A DNA stretch of 64,000 bases, taken from assembly GCA_964016885.1 (NCBI GenBank), contig OZ024759.1, positions 20,770,001-20,834,000 on the forward strand, in the 5' to 3' direction. Shown here one piece after another: positions 1-13,595 of this stretch (positions are counted from its first letter, which is position 1; each line of letters opens with the position of its first letter). The notes beneath the pieces were generated by a model, which did no database searches, had not been told where the DNA came from, and saw only the letters and a program-made list of their open reading frames with translations. The DNA is from Eledone cirrhosa (taxonomy: Eukaryota). The position numbers and the translations under genes were made by a program.

Positions 1-3000
1 TCGGTCGGTCATTTGGTTCGGTTCGGATCGGTAATTCGGTCGGTCATTCGGTTCGGATCGGGTCGGTCATTCGGTCGGTCATTCGGTTCGCTTCGGGTCG
101 GTCATTTGGTTCGGTTCGGCTCGGTCATTCGGCTCGGTTCGGGTCGGAAATTCCGTCGGTCATCCGGTTCGGTTCGGTTCCGGTCGGTCATTCGGTTCGG
201 TTCGGATCGGTCATTCGGTTCGGCTCGGTTCGGTTCGGGTCGATCATTCGGTCGGTCATTTGGTTCGTTTCGGTTCGGATCGGTCATTCGGTCGGTCATT
301 CGGTCCGGTTCGGTTCCGGTCGCTCATTCGGTCGGTCATTTGGTTCGGTGCGATTAGGATCGGTCGTTCCGTTCGGTTCGGTTCGAGTCGGTCATTCGGT
401 CGGCCATTCGGGTCGGTTCGGATCGGTCATTCGATCGGTCACTCGGTTCGGGTCGGTGATTCGGTTCGGCTCGGTCATTCGGTTCGGTTCGGCTCGGTCA
501 TTCGGTTCGGTTCGGCTCGGTCATTCGGTTCGTTTCGGGTCGCTCATTCGGTTCGGGTCGGTCAGTCGGTTGGTCATTCGGTTCGGTCATTCGGTCGGTC
601 ATTCGTTTCGGATCGGGTCGGTCATTCGGTCTGTCATTCGGTTCGGTTCGGGTCGGTCATTCGTTCGGTCATTCGGTTCGGTTCGGGTCGGTCATTCGGT
701 CGGTGATTCGGTTCGGTTCGGGTCGGTCATTCGGTTCGGTCGTTCCGCTCCGTTCGGGTCGGTCATTCGGTTCGGTTCGGTTCAGGTCGGTCATTCGGTT
801 CGGTTCAGGTCGGTCATTCGGTTCGGTTCCGGTCGGTCGTTCGGTTCGCATCGGTCATTCGGTTCGGTTCGGGTCGGTCATCGGTTCGGGTCGGTTATTC
901 GGTTCGGTTCCGGTCGATCATTCGGTCGGTCATTCGGTTCGGTTCGGTTCCGGTCGATCATTCGGTCTGTCAGTTGGTTCGGTTCGGATCGGTCATTCGG
1001 TTCGGTTCGGTTCCGGTCGATCATTCGGTTCGGTTCTGCTCGGTCATCGGTTCGGGTCGGTTATTCGGTTCGGTTCCGGTCGATCATTCGGTCGGTCATT
1101 TGGTTCGGTTCGGTTCGGATCGGTCATTCGGTCGGTCATTCGGTTCGGTTCGGTTCCGGTCGATCATTCGGTCTGTCAGTTGGTTCGGTTCGGATCGGTC
1201 ATTCGGTTCGGTTCGGTTCCGGTCGATCATTCGGTTCGGTTCTGCTCGGTCATCGGTTCGGGTCGGTTATTCGGTTCGGTTCCGGTCGATCATTCGGTCG
1301 GTCATTTGGTTCGGTTCGGTTCGGATCGGTCATTCGGTCGGTCATTCGGTTCGGTTCGGTTCCGGTCGATCATTCGGTTCGGTTCGGATCGGTCATTTGG
1401 TCGGTCATTCGGTACGGTTCGGTTCCGGTCGGTCATTCGGTTCGGTTCGGATCGGTCATTCGGTTCGGTCGTTACGTACGGTTCGGTTCGGGTCGATCAT
1501 TCGGTAGGTCATTTGGTTCGTTTCGGTTCGGATCGGTCATTCGGTCCGGTTCGGTTCCGGTCGATCATTCGGTCGGTCATTTGGTTCGGTGCGGTTAGGA
1601 TCGGCCATTCGGTCGGTCATTCGGTTCGGATCGGGTCGGTCATTCGGTTCGGTCGTTCCGTTCGGTTCGTTTCGGGTCGGTCATTCGGTCGGTCACTCGG
1701 TTCGGGTCGGTGATTCGGTTCGGTTCGGTTCGGCTCGGTCATTCGGTTCGGTTCGCTCATTCGGTTCGGGTCGGTCATTCGGTTCGGGTCGGTGAGTCGG
1801 TTCGGGTCGGTCATTCGGTTCGGTTCGCATCGGTCATTCGGTTCGGTTCGGGTCAGTCATTCGATTCGGTTCGGGTCGGTCATTCGGTCGGTCATTCGGT
1901 TCGGCTCGGTCATTCGGTCGTTCCGTACGGTTCGGTTCGGTCATTCTCTCGGTCATTCGGTTCGGCTCGGTTCGTTTCGGGTCGATCATTCGGTCGGTCA
2001 TTTGGTTCGTTTCGGTTCGGATCGGTCATTCGGTCGGTCATTCGGTTCGGTTCGGTTCCGGTCGATTATTCGGATCGGTTCGGGTCGGTCATTCGGTTCG
2101 GTTCCGGTCGGTCATAAGGTCGGTCATTCGGGTCGGTCATTCGGTCGGCCATTATTCGGTTCGGTTCGACTCGGTCATTCGGTCGGTCGGTCATTCGGTT
2201 ATTCATTCATTCGGTCATTCATTCATTCATTCATTTATTCGGTCATTCATTCGTTCATTTATTCGTTCATTCATTCGTTCATTCATTCGTTCATTCGGTT
2301 CGGTCATTCGGTTCGGGTCGGTCATTCGGTTCGGTTCCGGTCTGTCATTCAGTTCGGATCGGTCATTCGGTCGGTCATTCGGTTCCGGTCTGTCATTCAG
2401 TTCGGATCGGTCATTCGGTCGGTCATTCGGTTCGGTTCGGATCTGTCATTCCGTCGGTGATTCGATTCGGATCAGTCATTCGGTCGGATCATTCGGTACG
2501 GTTCGGATCGGTCATTCGGTCGGTCATTCGGTTCGGATCGGTCATTCGGTCGGTCTTTCGGTTCGGTTCTGGTCGGTCATTCGGTTCGGTTCGGAAATTC
2601 CGTCGGTTATTCGGTTTGGTTCCGGTCGGTCATTCGGTTCGGATCGGTCATTCGGTTCGGGTCGGTCATTCGGTTCCGTTCGGTTCGGGTCGATCATTCG
2701 GTTCGGTTCGGGTCGGAAATTCCGTCGGTTATTCGGTTCGGTTCCGGTCGGTCATTCGGTTCGGATCGGTCATTCGGTTCGGGTCGGTCATTCGGTTCCG
2801 TTCGGGTCTGTCATTCGGTCGGTCATTCGGTTCGGTTCCGGTCGGTCATTCGGTTCTGTTTCGGTCGGTCATTCAGTTCGGTTCGGGTCGGTCATTCGGC
2901 TCGGTTCGGATCTGTCATTCGGTTCCGGTCGGTCATTCGGTTCGGTTCGGTTATTCGGTTCGGGTCGGTCGTTCGGTTCGGGTCGGTCATTCGGTTCGTT

Positions 3001-6000
3001 TCGGGTCGGTCATTCGGTTCGTGTCGGTTATTCGGTTCGGTTCCGGTCGATCATTCTGTCGGTCATTTGGTTCGGTTCGGTTCGGTCATTTGGTTCGGTT
3101 CGGTTCGGTCATTCGTTTCGGTTCCGGTCGGTCATTCGGTTCGGCGCGGTCAATCGGTCAGTCATTCGGTGCGGCTTGGTCATTCCGTTCGATTCGGTCG
3201 TTCCGTACGGTTCGGTTCGGTCCTTCCCTACTGTTCTGTTCGGCTCGGTCATTCTGGCGGTCATTCGGTTCGGCTCGGTTCGTTTCGGGTCGATCATTTG
3301 GTTCGTTTCGGTTCGGTTCGATTCCGGTCGATCATTCGGTCGGTCATTTGGCTCGGTGCGTTTCGGATCGGTCATTCGGTCCGGATCGGGTCGGTCATTC
3401 GGTTCGGTTCGGCTCGGTCATCGGTTCGGGTCGGTTATTCGGTTCGGTTCCGGTCGATCATTCGATCGGTCATTCGGTTCGGTTCGGTTCCGGTCGATCA
3501 TTCGGTCGGTCATTTGGTTCGGTTCGGATCGGTCATTTGGTCGGTCATTCGGTTCGGTCATTCGGTTCAGTTCGGTCGTTACGTACGGTTCGGTTCGGGT
3601 CGATCATTCGGTCGGTCATTTGGTTCGTTTCGGATCGGTCATTCGGTGCGGTTCGGTTCCGGTCGATCATTCGGTCGGTCATTCGGTCCGGATCGGGTAG
3701 GTCATTCGGTTCGGTCGTTCCGTTCGGTTCGTTTCGGGTCGGTCATTCGGTCGGCCATTCGGTTCGGGTCGGTTCGGTTCGCATCGGTCATTCGGTTCGG
3801 TTCGAGTCAGTCATTCGATTCGGTTCGGGTCGGTCATTCGGTTCGGGTCGGTCATTCGGTTCGGCTCGGTCATTCGGTCAATCATTCGGTTCGGCTCGGT
3901 CAATCATTCGGTTCGGTCGGTCATTCGGTTCGGTTCCTGTCGGTCATTCGGTCGGTCATTCGGTTCGGTTCGGATCGGTCATTCCGTCGGTCATTCGGTT
4001 CGGATCGGCCATTCGGTCGGTCATTCGGTTCGGTTTGGATCGGTCATTCGGTTCGGCTCGGTCATCGGTCAGTCATTCGGTGCGGCTCGGTCGTTCCGTA
4101 CGGTTCGGTTCGGTCGTTCCGTACTGTTCGGTTCGGCTCGGTCATTCTGGCGGTCATTCGGTTCGGCTCGATTCGTTTCGGTTCGGTCGGTCATTTGGTT
4201 CGGTTCGGTCGGTCATTTGGTTCGGTTCGGATCGGTCATTCGGTCGGTTATTCGGTTCGGTTCCGGTCGATCATTCGGTCGGTCATTTGGTTCGGTTCTG
4301 ATCGGTCATTTGGTCGGTCATTCTGTTCGGTTCCGGTCGGTCATTCGGTCGGTCATTCGGTTCGGTTCGGATCGGTCATTCGTTTCGGTTCGGTCGTTAC
4401 GTACGGTTCGGCTCGGTTCGGTTCGGGTCGATCATTCGGTCGGTCATTTGGTTCGGTGCTGTTCGGATCGGTCATTCGGTTCGGATCGGGTCGGTCATTC
4501 GGTTCGGTCGTTCCGGTCGGTCATTCGATCGGTCACTCGGTTCGGCTCGGTCATTCGGTCAGTCATTCGGTTCGGGTCGGTGAGTCGGTTCGGTTCGGGT
4601 CGGTCATTCGGTTCGGGTCGGTCATTCGGTTCGGTTCGGGTCGGTCATTCGGTTCGGTCGTTCCGCTCCGTTCGGGTCGGTCATTCGGTTCGGCTCGGTT
4701 CAGGTCGGTCATTCGGTTCGGTTCCGGTCGGTCGTTCGGTTCGCATCGGTCATTCGGTTCGGTTCGGGTCGGTCATTCGGTCGGTCATTCGGTTCGGTTC
4801 GGTCATTCGGTTCGGTCATTCGGTCGGTCATTCGGTTCGGTTAGGGTCGGTATTTCGGTCGGTCATTCGGTTCGGATCGGTCATTCGGTCGGTCATTCGG
4901 TTCGCTTCGGTTCGGTCATTTGGTTCGGTTCGGCTCGGTCATTCGGCTCGGTTCGAGTCGGAAATTCCGTCGGTCATCCGGTTCGGTTCGGTTCCGGTCG
5001 GTCATTCGGTTCGGTTCGGATCGGTCATTCGGTTCGGCTCGGTTCGGTTCGGATCGGTCATTCGGTCGGTCATTCGGTCCGGTTCGGTTCCGGTCGATCA
5101 TTCGGTCGGTCATTTGGTTCGGTGCGGTTAGGATCGGTCTTTCGGTCGGTCATTCGGTTCGGTCGTTCCGTTCGGTTCGGTTCGAGTCGGTCATTCGGTC
5201 GGCCATTCGGGTCGGTTCGGATCGGTCATTCGATCGGTCACTCGGTTCGGGTCGGTGATTCGGTTCGGCTCGGTCATTCGGTTCGGTTCGGCTCGGTCAT
5301 TCGGTTCGTTTCGGGTCGCTCATTCGGTTCGCGTCGGTCAGTCGGTTCGGGTCGGTCATTCGGTTCGGTTCGCAGCGGTCATTCGGTTCGGTTCGTATCG
5401 GTCATTCGGTTCGGTTCGGGTCAGTCATTCGGTTCGGGTCGGTCATTAGGTCGGTCATTCGGCTCGGTCATTCGGTCGATCATTCGGTTCGGCTCGGTCA
5501 TTCGGTCGGTCGTACCGTACGGTTCGGCTCGGTCATTCTCTCGGTCATTCGGTTCGGCTCGGTTCGTTCCGGGTCGATCATTCGGTCGGTCATTTGGTTC
5601 GTTTCGGTTCGGATCGGTCATTCGGTCGGTCATTCGGTTCGGTTCGGTTCCGGTCGATTATTCGGATCGGTTCGGGTCGGTGATTCAGTTCGGTTCCGGT
5701 CGGTCATAAGGTCGGTCATTCGGGTCGGTTCGGTTCGGTCGTTCCGTTCGGTTCGGGTCGGTCATAAGGTCGGCCATTATTCGGTTCGGGTCGGGTCGGT
5801 CATTCGGTCGGCCATTATTCGGTTCGGTCGGTCGGTCATTCGATCATTCATTCATTCAGTCATTTATTCGGTCATTCATTCGTTCATTTATTCGTTCATT
5901 CATTCGTTCATTCGGTTCGGTCATTCGGTCGGTCATTCGGTTCGGGTTGGTCATTCGGTTCGGTTCGGTTCCGGTCTGTCATTCAGTTCGGATCGGTCAT

Positions 6001-6880
6001 TCGGTCGGTCATTCGGTTAGGTTCGGATCTGTCATTCCGTCGGTGATTCGGTTCGGATCAGTCATTCGGTCGGATCGTACGGTTCGGATCGGTCATTCGG
6101 TTCTGTTCGGGTCGGTCATTCGGTCGGTCATTCAGTTCCGTTCGGTTCGGGTCGGTCATTCGGTTCGGTTCGGGTCGGTTCGGTTCCGGTCGGTCATTCG
6201 GTTCGGATCGGTCATTCGGTTCGGGTCGGTCATTCGGTCATTCGGTTCCGTTCGGGTCTGTCGGTCGGTCATTCAGTTCGGTTCCGGTCGGTCATTCGGT
6301 TCGGTTCCGGTCGGTCATTCGGTTCGGTTCCGGTCGGTCATTCGGTTCGGTTAGAGTCGGTCATTCGGTTCGGTCGTTCCCTTCGGTTCGGGTCGGTCAT
6401 TCGGCTCGGTTCCGGTCGGTCATTCGGTTCGGTTCCGGTCGGTCATTCGGTTCGGTTCGGTCATTCGGTCGGTCATTCGGTTCGGGTCGGTCATTCGGTC
6501 ATTCGGTTCCGTTCGGGTCTGTCGGTCGGTCATTCGGTTTGGTTCCGGTCGGTCATTCGGTTCGGTTAGAGTCGGTCATTCGGTTCGGTCGTTCCCTTCG
6601 GTTCGGTCGTTCCCTTCGGTTCGGGTCGGTCATTCGGCTCGGTTCGGATCTGTCATTCGGTTCGGTTCGGTCATTCGGTTCGGGTCTGTCGTTCGGTTCG
6701 GGTCGGTCATTCGGTTCGTGTCGGTTATTCGGTTCGGTTCCGGTCGATCATTCGATCGGTCATTCGGTTCGGGTCGGTTATTCGGTTCGGTTCCGGTCGA
6801 TCATTCGGTCGGTCGGTCATTTAGTCGGTCATTTAGTCGGTCATTTAGTCGGTCATTCGGTCGGTCATTCGGTCGGTCAT
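1..6880. repeat. CpG-rich satellite of CGGTT / CGGT / CGGTCATT units with higher-order duplications; runs off the window start
   Basis: Continuous permutations of cggtt, cgggt, cggat and cggtcatt. Rare variants recur at fixed offsets: tcattctctc at 1941/5533 and tcataagg at 2112/5704 (offset 3592); cggaaattccgtcggtcatcc at 145/4959. Confidence 0.95.
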
Positions 6881-7210
6881 TCACTCATTCATTCACTCAT
6901 TCATTCACTCATTCATTCATTCATTCACTCATTCATTCACTCATTCATTCACTCACTTATTCATTCACTCATTCACTCACACTCACTCACACACACTCAC
7001 ACTCACTCACTCACACTCAGACTCACTCACACTCACTCACACTCACTCACACTCACTCACACTCACTCACACTCACTCTCACACTCACTCTCACACTCAC
7101 TCTCACACTCACTCACACTCACACATTCACACCCACTCTCAAACTCGCTCACTCTCACTCATTCACTCACTCATTCATTCACTCGCTCACTCACACTCAC
7201 TCACTCACTG
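6881..7210. repeat. (CATT)n grading to (CACT)n/(CACACT)n simple repeat
   Basis: Read directly; continuous with the satellite end. Confidence 0.9.
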
Positions 7211-7313
7211 GGCATGAAAAAAAATCTGGCAACGCCGTCTCTTGGGTGACGTTGTCAGAAAACGCTTGGTCCTTCAATAATTTACGTTTTCCCACCTTGT
7301 CGGGCAACAAACA

Positions 7314-7560
7314 CAGGTTGTGTGTTGCGGTTGTCTAACTCTGGTTGTGTGTTGCGGTTGTCTAACTCTGGTTGTGTGTTGCGGTTGTCTAACTCTGGTT
7401 GTGTGTTGCGGTTGTCTAACTCAGGTTGTGTGTTGCGGTTGTGTGTTGCGGTTGTCTAACTCAGGTTGTGTGTTGCGGTTGTCTAACTCAGGTTGTGTGT
7501 TGCGGTTGTCTAACTCAGGTTGTGTGTTGCGGTTGTGTGTTGCGGTTGTCTAACTCAGGT
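7314..7560. repeat. 27-bp minisatellite (caggttgtgtgttgcggttgtctaact), about 9 units
   Basis: Direct tandem units, some truncated. Confidence 0.93.
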
Positions 7561-8199
7561 CCACGAGGAAGTGGATAAATGGAATATATTTTCGTTGAAG
7601 GAGTAAAATATAATTTGGTGATTGATAAGGTTTATATATAAATAAATAATTACAATAGTGACGTAAACAGATACTTAAGTTTCGTTGGGTTCTGGATCCC
7701 CCCCCTCATACTCAGTTAGCCTGTCATAATGGATGTATGTGTGTATATATATATGTATACACACATATATATATATACACATACACACACTCATATATAT
7801 ATATATATATATATACACTCGCATACACACACACACATGTGTGTGTGTGTGTGTGTGTAGAGGTAGGAGGAAAAGGTAGCTTTAAGAATCAGTGATATTT
7901 CTTCTTTTTTTTATATATTTAAAAAAGAAATTGAAAAAAAAAAAGAATTTCTTACTTGAACTAAAAAAAGGGTTTATTTATTTATTTAATTTATTTATTT
8001 ATTCAAGTTCACAAATATAGAAAAATATTAATGGCTTCTGACAGTCTCGTGACTTTAGAGTTATAGTGTCAATGATTTTGTTGTTGATGATGATGATCGT
8101 TATTATCGTCTTTGTGGTGGTGATAACAACTCAAGGACGGTTGAGGACCTCTCTATCTCTCTTTCCCTCTTTCTTTATTTACACACACATATATATAGC

Positions 8200-8253
<54 letters not shown>

Positions 8254-8404
8254 CTTTTCGATGTACAAAGAATACTTATTTAAAACGCATACACATATGC
8301 ACTCATGTATATGTATATCCGCATATATATATATATACATACATATATATGTGTGTGTAAATACGTGTATATGTATGTTTATATATGTATGTATAAGTAT
8401 GTGT

Positions 8405-9030
8405 CTGTGTGTTACCTATAGGGGCCTACATCTTACGACCGATTTTCATGAAACTTTACAGGCTCATAGATTAATCATCGGGGAGTTTTTTCTATATATC
8501 AGCGTATCGTTTTTTTTTTTAAATCGATAGGGGGAGGGGGTCACCTTTTTTTAGGTATCGAAAAATAAGATTTTTGGATCTAGCTCCAACATTTTGCCAC
8601 CGATTTCGTTCAAATTTTAAACCAAAATAGAATTTATCATTGCACATACTGTAATCTCTTTATATTTTGCATTTGTTGTTCAGAGACGGCGTGGCAGCCG
8701 CTTAAATATTCAAAAATACCACTTTTACACTCAAATTTCCACTGTTTCGACTCTAGCTCCCACATTAATCAACCTACTTTGTTCAAATTTTACACTACGC
8801 TAGATCTGATTATTTCACGTCTTAAATTGCCTTTACATTTTGGATTTTTTGTTCAAGGAACGGCGTGGCAGCCGCTTAAATATTCGAAAATACCACATTT
8901 TTGCTAAAATTTCCGCCCTTTCAACCGATTTCGTTCAAATTCGAAACTTCGGCTCCACCTCCAACACAAATCAATTTATTTGGTGCAACTTTTATACTAC
9001 GATAGAACCTATCATTGCACATCTTATAGA
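8405..9030. mobile_element. Probable non-autonomous DNA or rolling-circle element with internal sub-repeats
   Basis: acggcgtggcagccgcttaaatattc occurs twice (~8687, ~8860). ccgatttcgttcaaatt-like motifs recur. No termini identified. Confidence 0.35.
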
Positions 9031-10139
9031 TGGTCAAAAGCAAAACGATGGCCACTGACGTGGTCTGAGTTTTTAGTTGTGTATTTGAGAATTCATCGGT
9101 TTCCAATCAAGTAGCGTGAGGAAATTTGGCTTAGTGTTAGGGGTCATTACCTCCATCCCCCAGCATGCCCCTTCGTCAGTCACCCGCGTTTCTCAGTGAT
9201 AGAGGTCATCACCACCTTCCCCCGCATGGCCTGTGTGTGGCCATCGATGAGTCATCGAGAAGCAGTCGCTAAGATCAACACCTTTTCATCAAAGCAGATA
9301 TTATTTTACCTACCCAGGCAACGCTGGGTACTGCTGTCAGTATATGCATATGTGTATATATGTATGTATATATATATATATTTATATGTATGTGTATATA
9401 TGTATGTATATATATATATATGTATGTGTATATATGTATGTACATATATGCATATATATAAATGTGTGTGTATATGTGTATATATATATGCATATATGTG
9501 TATATGTGTATATATGTATATATATGCATATATGTGTATATGTATATATATATGCATATATATGCATATATATATGCATATATATACATATATATATATA
9601 TACATATATGCATATATATACATATATATATATACATATATGTGTATAATTGTATATATATGCATATATATACAACACATATATGCATATATGTGTATAT
9701 AGATATAAGCATATGTGTATATAAATGTTTAAATATATGAGTGTGTGTGTATATATATATATATGTGTGTGTGTGTATATTTATATATATATATATACAC
9801 ACACACATGCAGACATACATAATAAGCTTGCTGTAGAAATAGAACTCATGCGATGCTGGTGTGTGGAGTTGGTGGTAGTAAGGGTTAAGGGCGTGTATGT
9901 TAAAATGTAGTCCCTAAGCTGTCGGCAAAACATCAGAGGACGTCGGAATTTTGCTGGTTTCAGGATCCATTAGTTGTCGTCAGGGATGGATGACTTTTGC
10001 CTTCATAAAATTGAAAATAGCAAAAAATATATACTGCCTTTTCAGCCATAAACTAGTAATAATGGACCCTTCGAAATTAATTCGCCACACTCCACGGTCT
10101 ATTTCACTTCCGTCCCTTCTATGTCCCCTATGCAACACT

Positions 10140-10206
<67 letters not shown>

Positions 10207-10261
10207 TCCCTGAAAGTACATACAATACAAAGAACATCCACATATGTATATATACATACAG

Positions 10262-10320
<59 letters not shown>

Positions 10321-10463
10321 ATATGTATAAATAAATATATATACACAAGCACAACATATGCATAACTATATATAGATATATTTGATTCTGTGTGTATATG
10401 TATAGTTAGAAATTATCCATAAATATGTATCTGTATATGTGCGTGTGTATATATATGCGTGTA

Positions 10464-10496
<33 letters not shown>

Positions 10497-10654
10497 TAAG
10501 ATAGGGGCACTCCCTCACCCCCCCCCCCCCCCCCACATACACACACAGATGTATGAATTACGTTTGTTTGATTTTACGATGAGGGATTTGGTACTTAGCA
10601 ACAGGAAATTGGAAGAAAATGCTGAAATGAAGAATATATATATATATATATATG

Positions 10655-10694
<40 letters not shown>

Positions 10695-10725
10695 TATAAA
10701 TATATATATAAATATATAAATATAT

Positions 10726-10806
<81 letters not shown>

Positions 10807-10807
10807 A

Positions 10808-10898
<91 letters not shown>

Positions 10899-11289
10899 TT
10901 TGACCCTGTGATAATCAGGCAAATCTCCAGAGAAACAAGACTCACTTTTTAGCCTTAAAATGAATATTAAAACTCTTCTTCGGTATTGAATACTCCTTTC
11001 CCTCAGTCGCCAACCACTTACGAATACACACACATACATACACGGTATATATATATATATATTGTTATACTTGGGGGGGGGGGGGGGTTCATATTGTTAT
11101 AATATTGCCAGAAATAATAACAGAACACACTCACTGGTTGGTTTGGGTTGGTTTTCGCTCCTGTATCTTTTATATCTCCATAGTTAATTTATTTGGCAAT
11201 CAATATAACGAATATATATATATATAGGCGAGAGATTTCGACAAAATGGGCTGCGGTGTTCAGTCCACTTCTTTACGGTCGCAGTTCAA

Positions 11290-11810
11290 GTTCCACCAAA
11301 GTCAACTTAACAGGGTCGGACGCCATGCTTTCCACCATAGTTACGTCCCTTTACGGTCTGTGTTCAAATCCCGTCGAGGTTAACTTTGCCTTTCATCGTT
11401 ATGGGGTCGATAAAATAAACTACCAGTAATACACTGGGGTAAGTGCTGGCCTTGTACCAAAAGTAGAAACAATTTTTTCCGGGGTTCAAGATAAAATACA
11501 TTGGAATGAATATCTACATGTGCCACTCCTCTAAATTTCTGGCCTTGTCCCTGAATTCGGAACAAATATTATTATTATTATCTTCTTGGAGTCTCGGTCA
11601 TTGATGTTATTTAACTGGAAATGGTCGGTGGATTGGCAGTATCGGTAGAGGGTCGGACGCCATGCTTTCCAGCATAGTTACGTCCCTTTACGATCTGAGT
11701 TCAAATCCCGCCGAGGTTGACTTTGCCTTTCATCCTTACGGGGTCGATAAAATAAAGTACCAGTAATGCACTGGGTAATTGCTGGCCTTGTGCCTAAAGT
11801 AGAAACAATT
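11290..11810 (+). mobile_element. tRNA-derived SINE family A (Meta/MESC-like core), one partial and one full copy
   Basis: A-box-like tggcagtatcgg, B box gagttcaaatccc, core gcctttcatccttacggggtcgataaaataaagtaccagt, tail gctggccttgtgcctaaagtagaaacaatt. The core-domain name is from recall. Confidence 0.88.
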
Positions 11811-11829
11811 ATTTAACTGGAAAGTTAAA

Positions 11830-12173
11830 TAACATCATGAATGTCAAGCCGCTACCTGCAGCCTCAGATATTCAGGACGTATCGGAGGGTTCTTGCTGGT
11901 CCCACCAAGCATGCCTTTTGAAGTATTAAACAAAAAAGAGGGCTAGACTGTCCTTTAACCATCCTTGAAAACACTTCGAGATAGTACCTAGTGGTCCTAT
12001 GACAATCGGGACGACCTTGATCTCATGACAGTCCCAAAGCTTTTTTAATTCCTACTTTAAATCCTGGTATCAGTTAATTTCTCCTCCTTTTCTTGCACGC
12101 TTGTGTCAAAGGGGCATGCTACATCTACAATCAGGCATGATCTTTTTTCCTTGTCAAAAACTATCATATTTGG
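11830..12173 (-). mobile_element. R4/Dong-type non-LTR retrotransposon 3' fragment (restriction-like endonuclease), decayed
   Basis: Minus strand reads PNMIVFDKEKRSCLIVDVACPFD...YQDLK*ELKKLWDCHEIKVVPIVIGPLGTISK...KACLVGPARTLRYVLNI*, with stops and frameshifts. Confidence 0.8.
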
Positions 12174-12924
12174 CGCATAGAGTTACGGCCCTTGCCATTC
12201 TGAGTTCAAATCCCGCCGAGGTTAACTTTGCCTTTCATCCTTACGGGGTCGATAAAATAAAGTACCAGTAATCTACTGGGTAATTGCTGGCCTTGTGCCA
12301 AAAGTAGAAACAATTATTATTATGACAGTATCGTTAGAGCATCGGACAACATGCTTAGCGACATATAGCTACGGCCCTTTACATTCTGAAATCAAATCCC
12401 GCCTAGGTTAGCTTTGCCTTTCATCCTTCCGGGATTGATAAAATAAAATACCAGTCAAATACTTGGGTCGATTTTATCGACTTTCCCCTACCCCAAAATT
12501 GTTGGCCTTGTCCCTGAAAGTAGAAACAATATTGTTATTATAGTTTCGCCCCGCCGAGGTTGACTTTGCCTTTCATCCTTATGGGGTCGATAAAATAAAG
12601 TACCAGTAATGCACTGGGTAATTGCTGGCCTTGTGCCTAAAGTAGAAACAGTTATTATAGTTTCGCCCCTTTACGTTCTGCGTTCAAATCCTGCCGAAGT
12701 TAGCTTTGCCTTTCATCCTTGCCGGGTTGTTAAAATAAAGCACCAGTAATACACTGGGGTCGATTTATCGCCTTTCCCCTCCCCCAAAATTGCTGACCTT
12801 GTGCCTATATAAGAAACCATTATTATAATTATCTTTGCCTTTCACTCTTACGGGGTCGATGAAATAAAGTACCAGTAATGCACTGGGATAATTGTTGGCC
12901 TTGTACCAAAAATAGAAATAATTA
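12174..12924 (+). mobile_element. Head-to-tail cluster of about 5 SINE family A copies or 3' halves
   Basis: Core and tail repeated at ~12174, 12325, 12549, 12660 and 12833. Confidence 0.88.
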
Positions 12925-12928
12925 TTAA

Positions 12929-13595
12929 CCCTTTAATGTTCAAACCCGCCAAAACCGGCCAGAATTTTCTACCTCTTACTGTTGAAACTGGCTGTAACCG
13001 GCCACCCATGCTGATGTTAAGGTATTGTTCTCAAAATAAATACTTTCAAAATCTCATAGATTCGATATTATGTGAGATAATTATGTGAGGCAAAGCCTTT
13101 ACCATGAAAATATAATAGTGTATATAGAGTAATGTGAATGTTATGTGAGATAAAGCCTTTACCATGAAAATATAATAGTGTATATAGAGTAATGTGAATG
13201 TTATGTGAGATAAAGCCTTTACCATGAAAATATAATAGTGTATATAGAGTAATGTAAATGTTATGTGAGATAAAGCCTTTACCATGAAAATATAATAGTG
13301 TATGTAGAGTAATGTAAATGTTATGTTAGATAAAGCCTTTACCATGAAAATATGATAGTATATATAGAGTAATGTGAGATGTTATGTGAGATAAAGCCTT
13401 TACCATGAAAATATAATAGTATATATAGAGTAATGTGAATGTTATGTGAGATAATTATGCGAGGTAAAGCCTTTACCATGAAAATATAATAGTATATATA
13501 GAGTAATGTGAATATTATGTGAGATAATTATGCGAGGTAAAGCCTTTACCATGAAAATATAATAGTATATATAGAGTAATGTGAATGCTAAAGGG
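12929..13595 (+). mobile_element. piggyBac-like MITE with an internal 60-72 bp tandem expansion
   Basis: TTAA|CCCTTTAATGTTCA...TGAATGCTAAAGGG|TTAA (TTAA at 12925-28 and 13596-99). Unit aaagcctttaccatgaaaatataatag... repeated about 8 times. Confidence 0.85.

Noticed and set aside
1-6880. Telomeric repeat
   Set aside because: No TTAGGG-type array; only isolated ttagg(g) variants.
13-7338. Long ORFs up to 880 aa (RFGSVI/GHSVR repeats)
   Set aside because: Translations of an A-poor satellite that rarely makes stop codons; several frames are open; no domain.
9140-9280. Minus-strand GAAAC...CUGACGA as another permuted hammerhead
   Set aside because: No segment gives both a stem III and a stem I partner convincingly; single copy.
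9905-9995. Minus-strand CUGACGA...GAAAC hammerhead
   Set aside because: Stem II and stem III do not pair properly; at most a decayed remnant.
11623-11720. tRNA genes at A-box/B-box motifs
   Set aside because: No cloverleaf, and each runs into a shared core and tail, so these are SINE heads.
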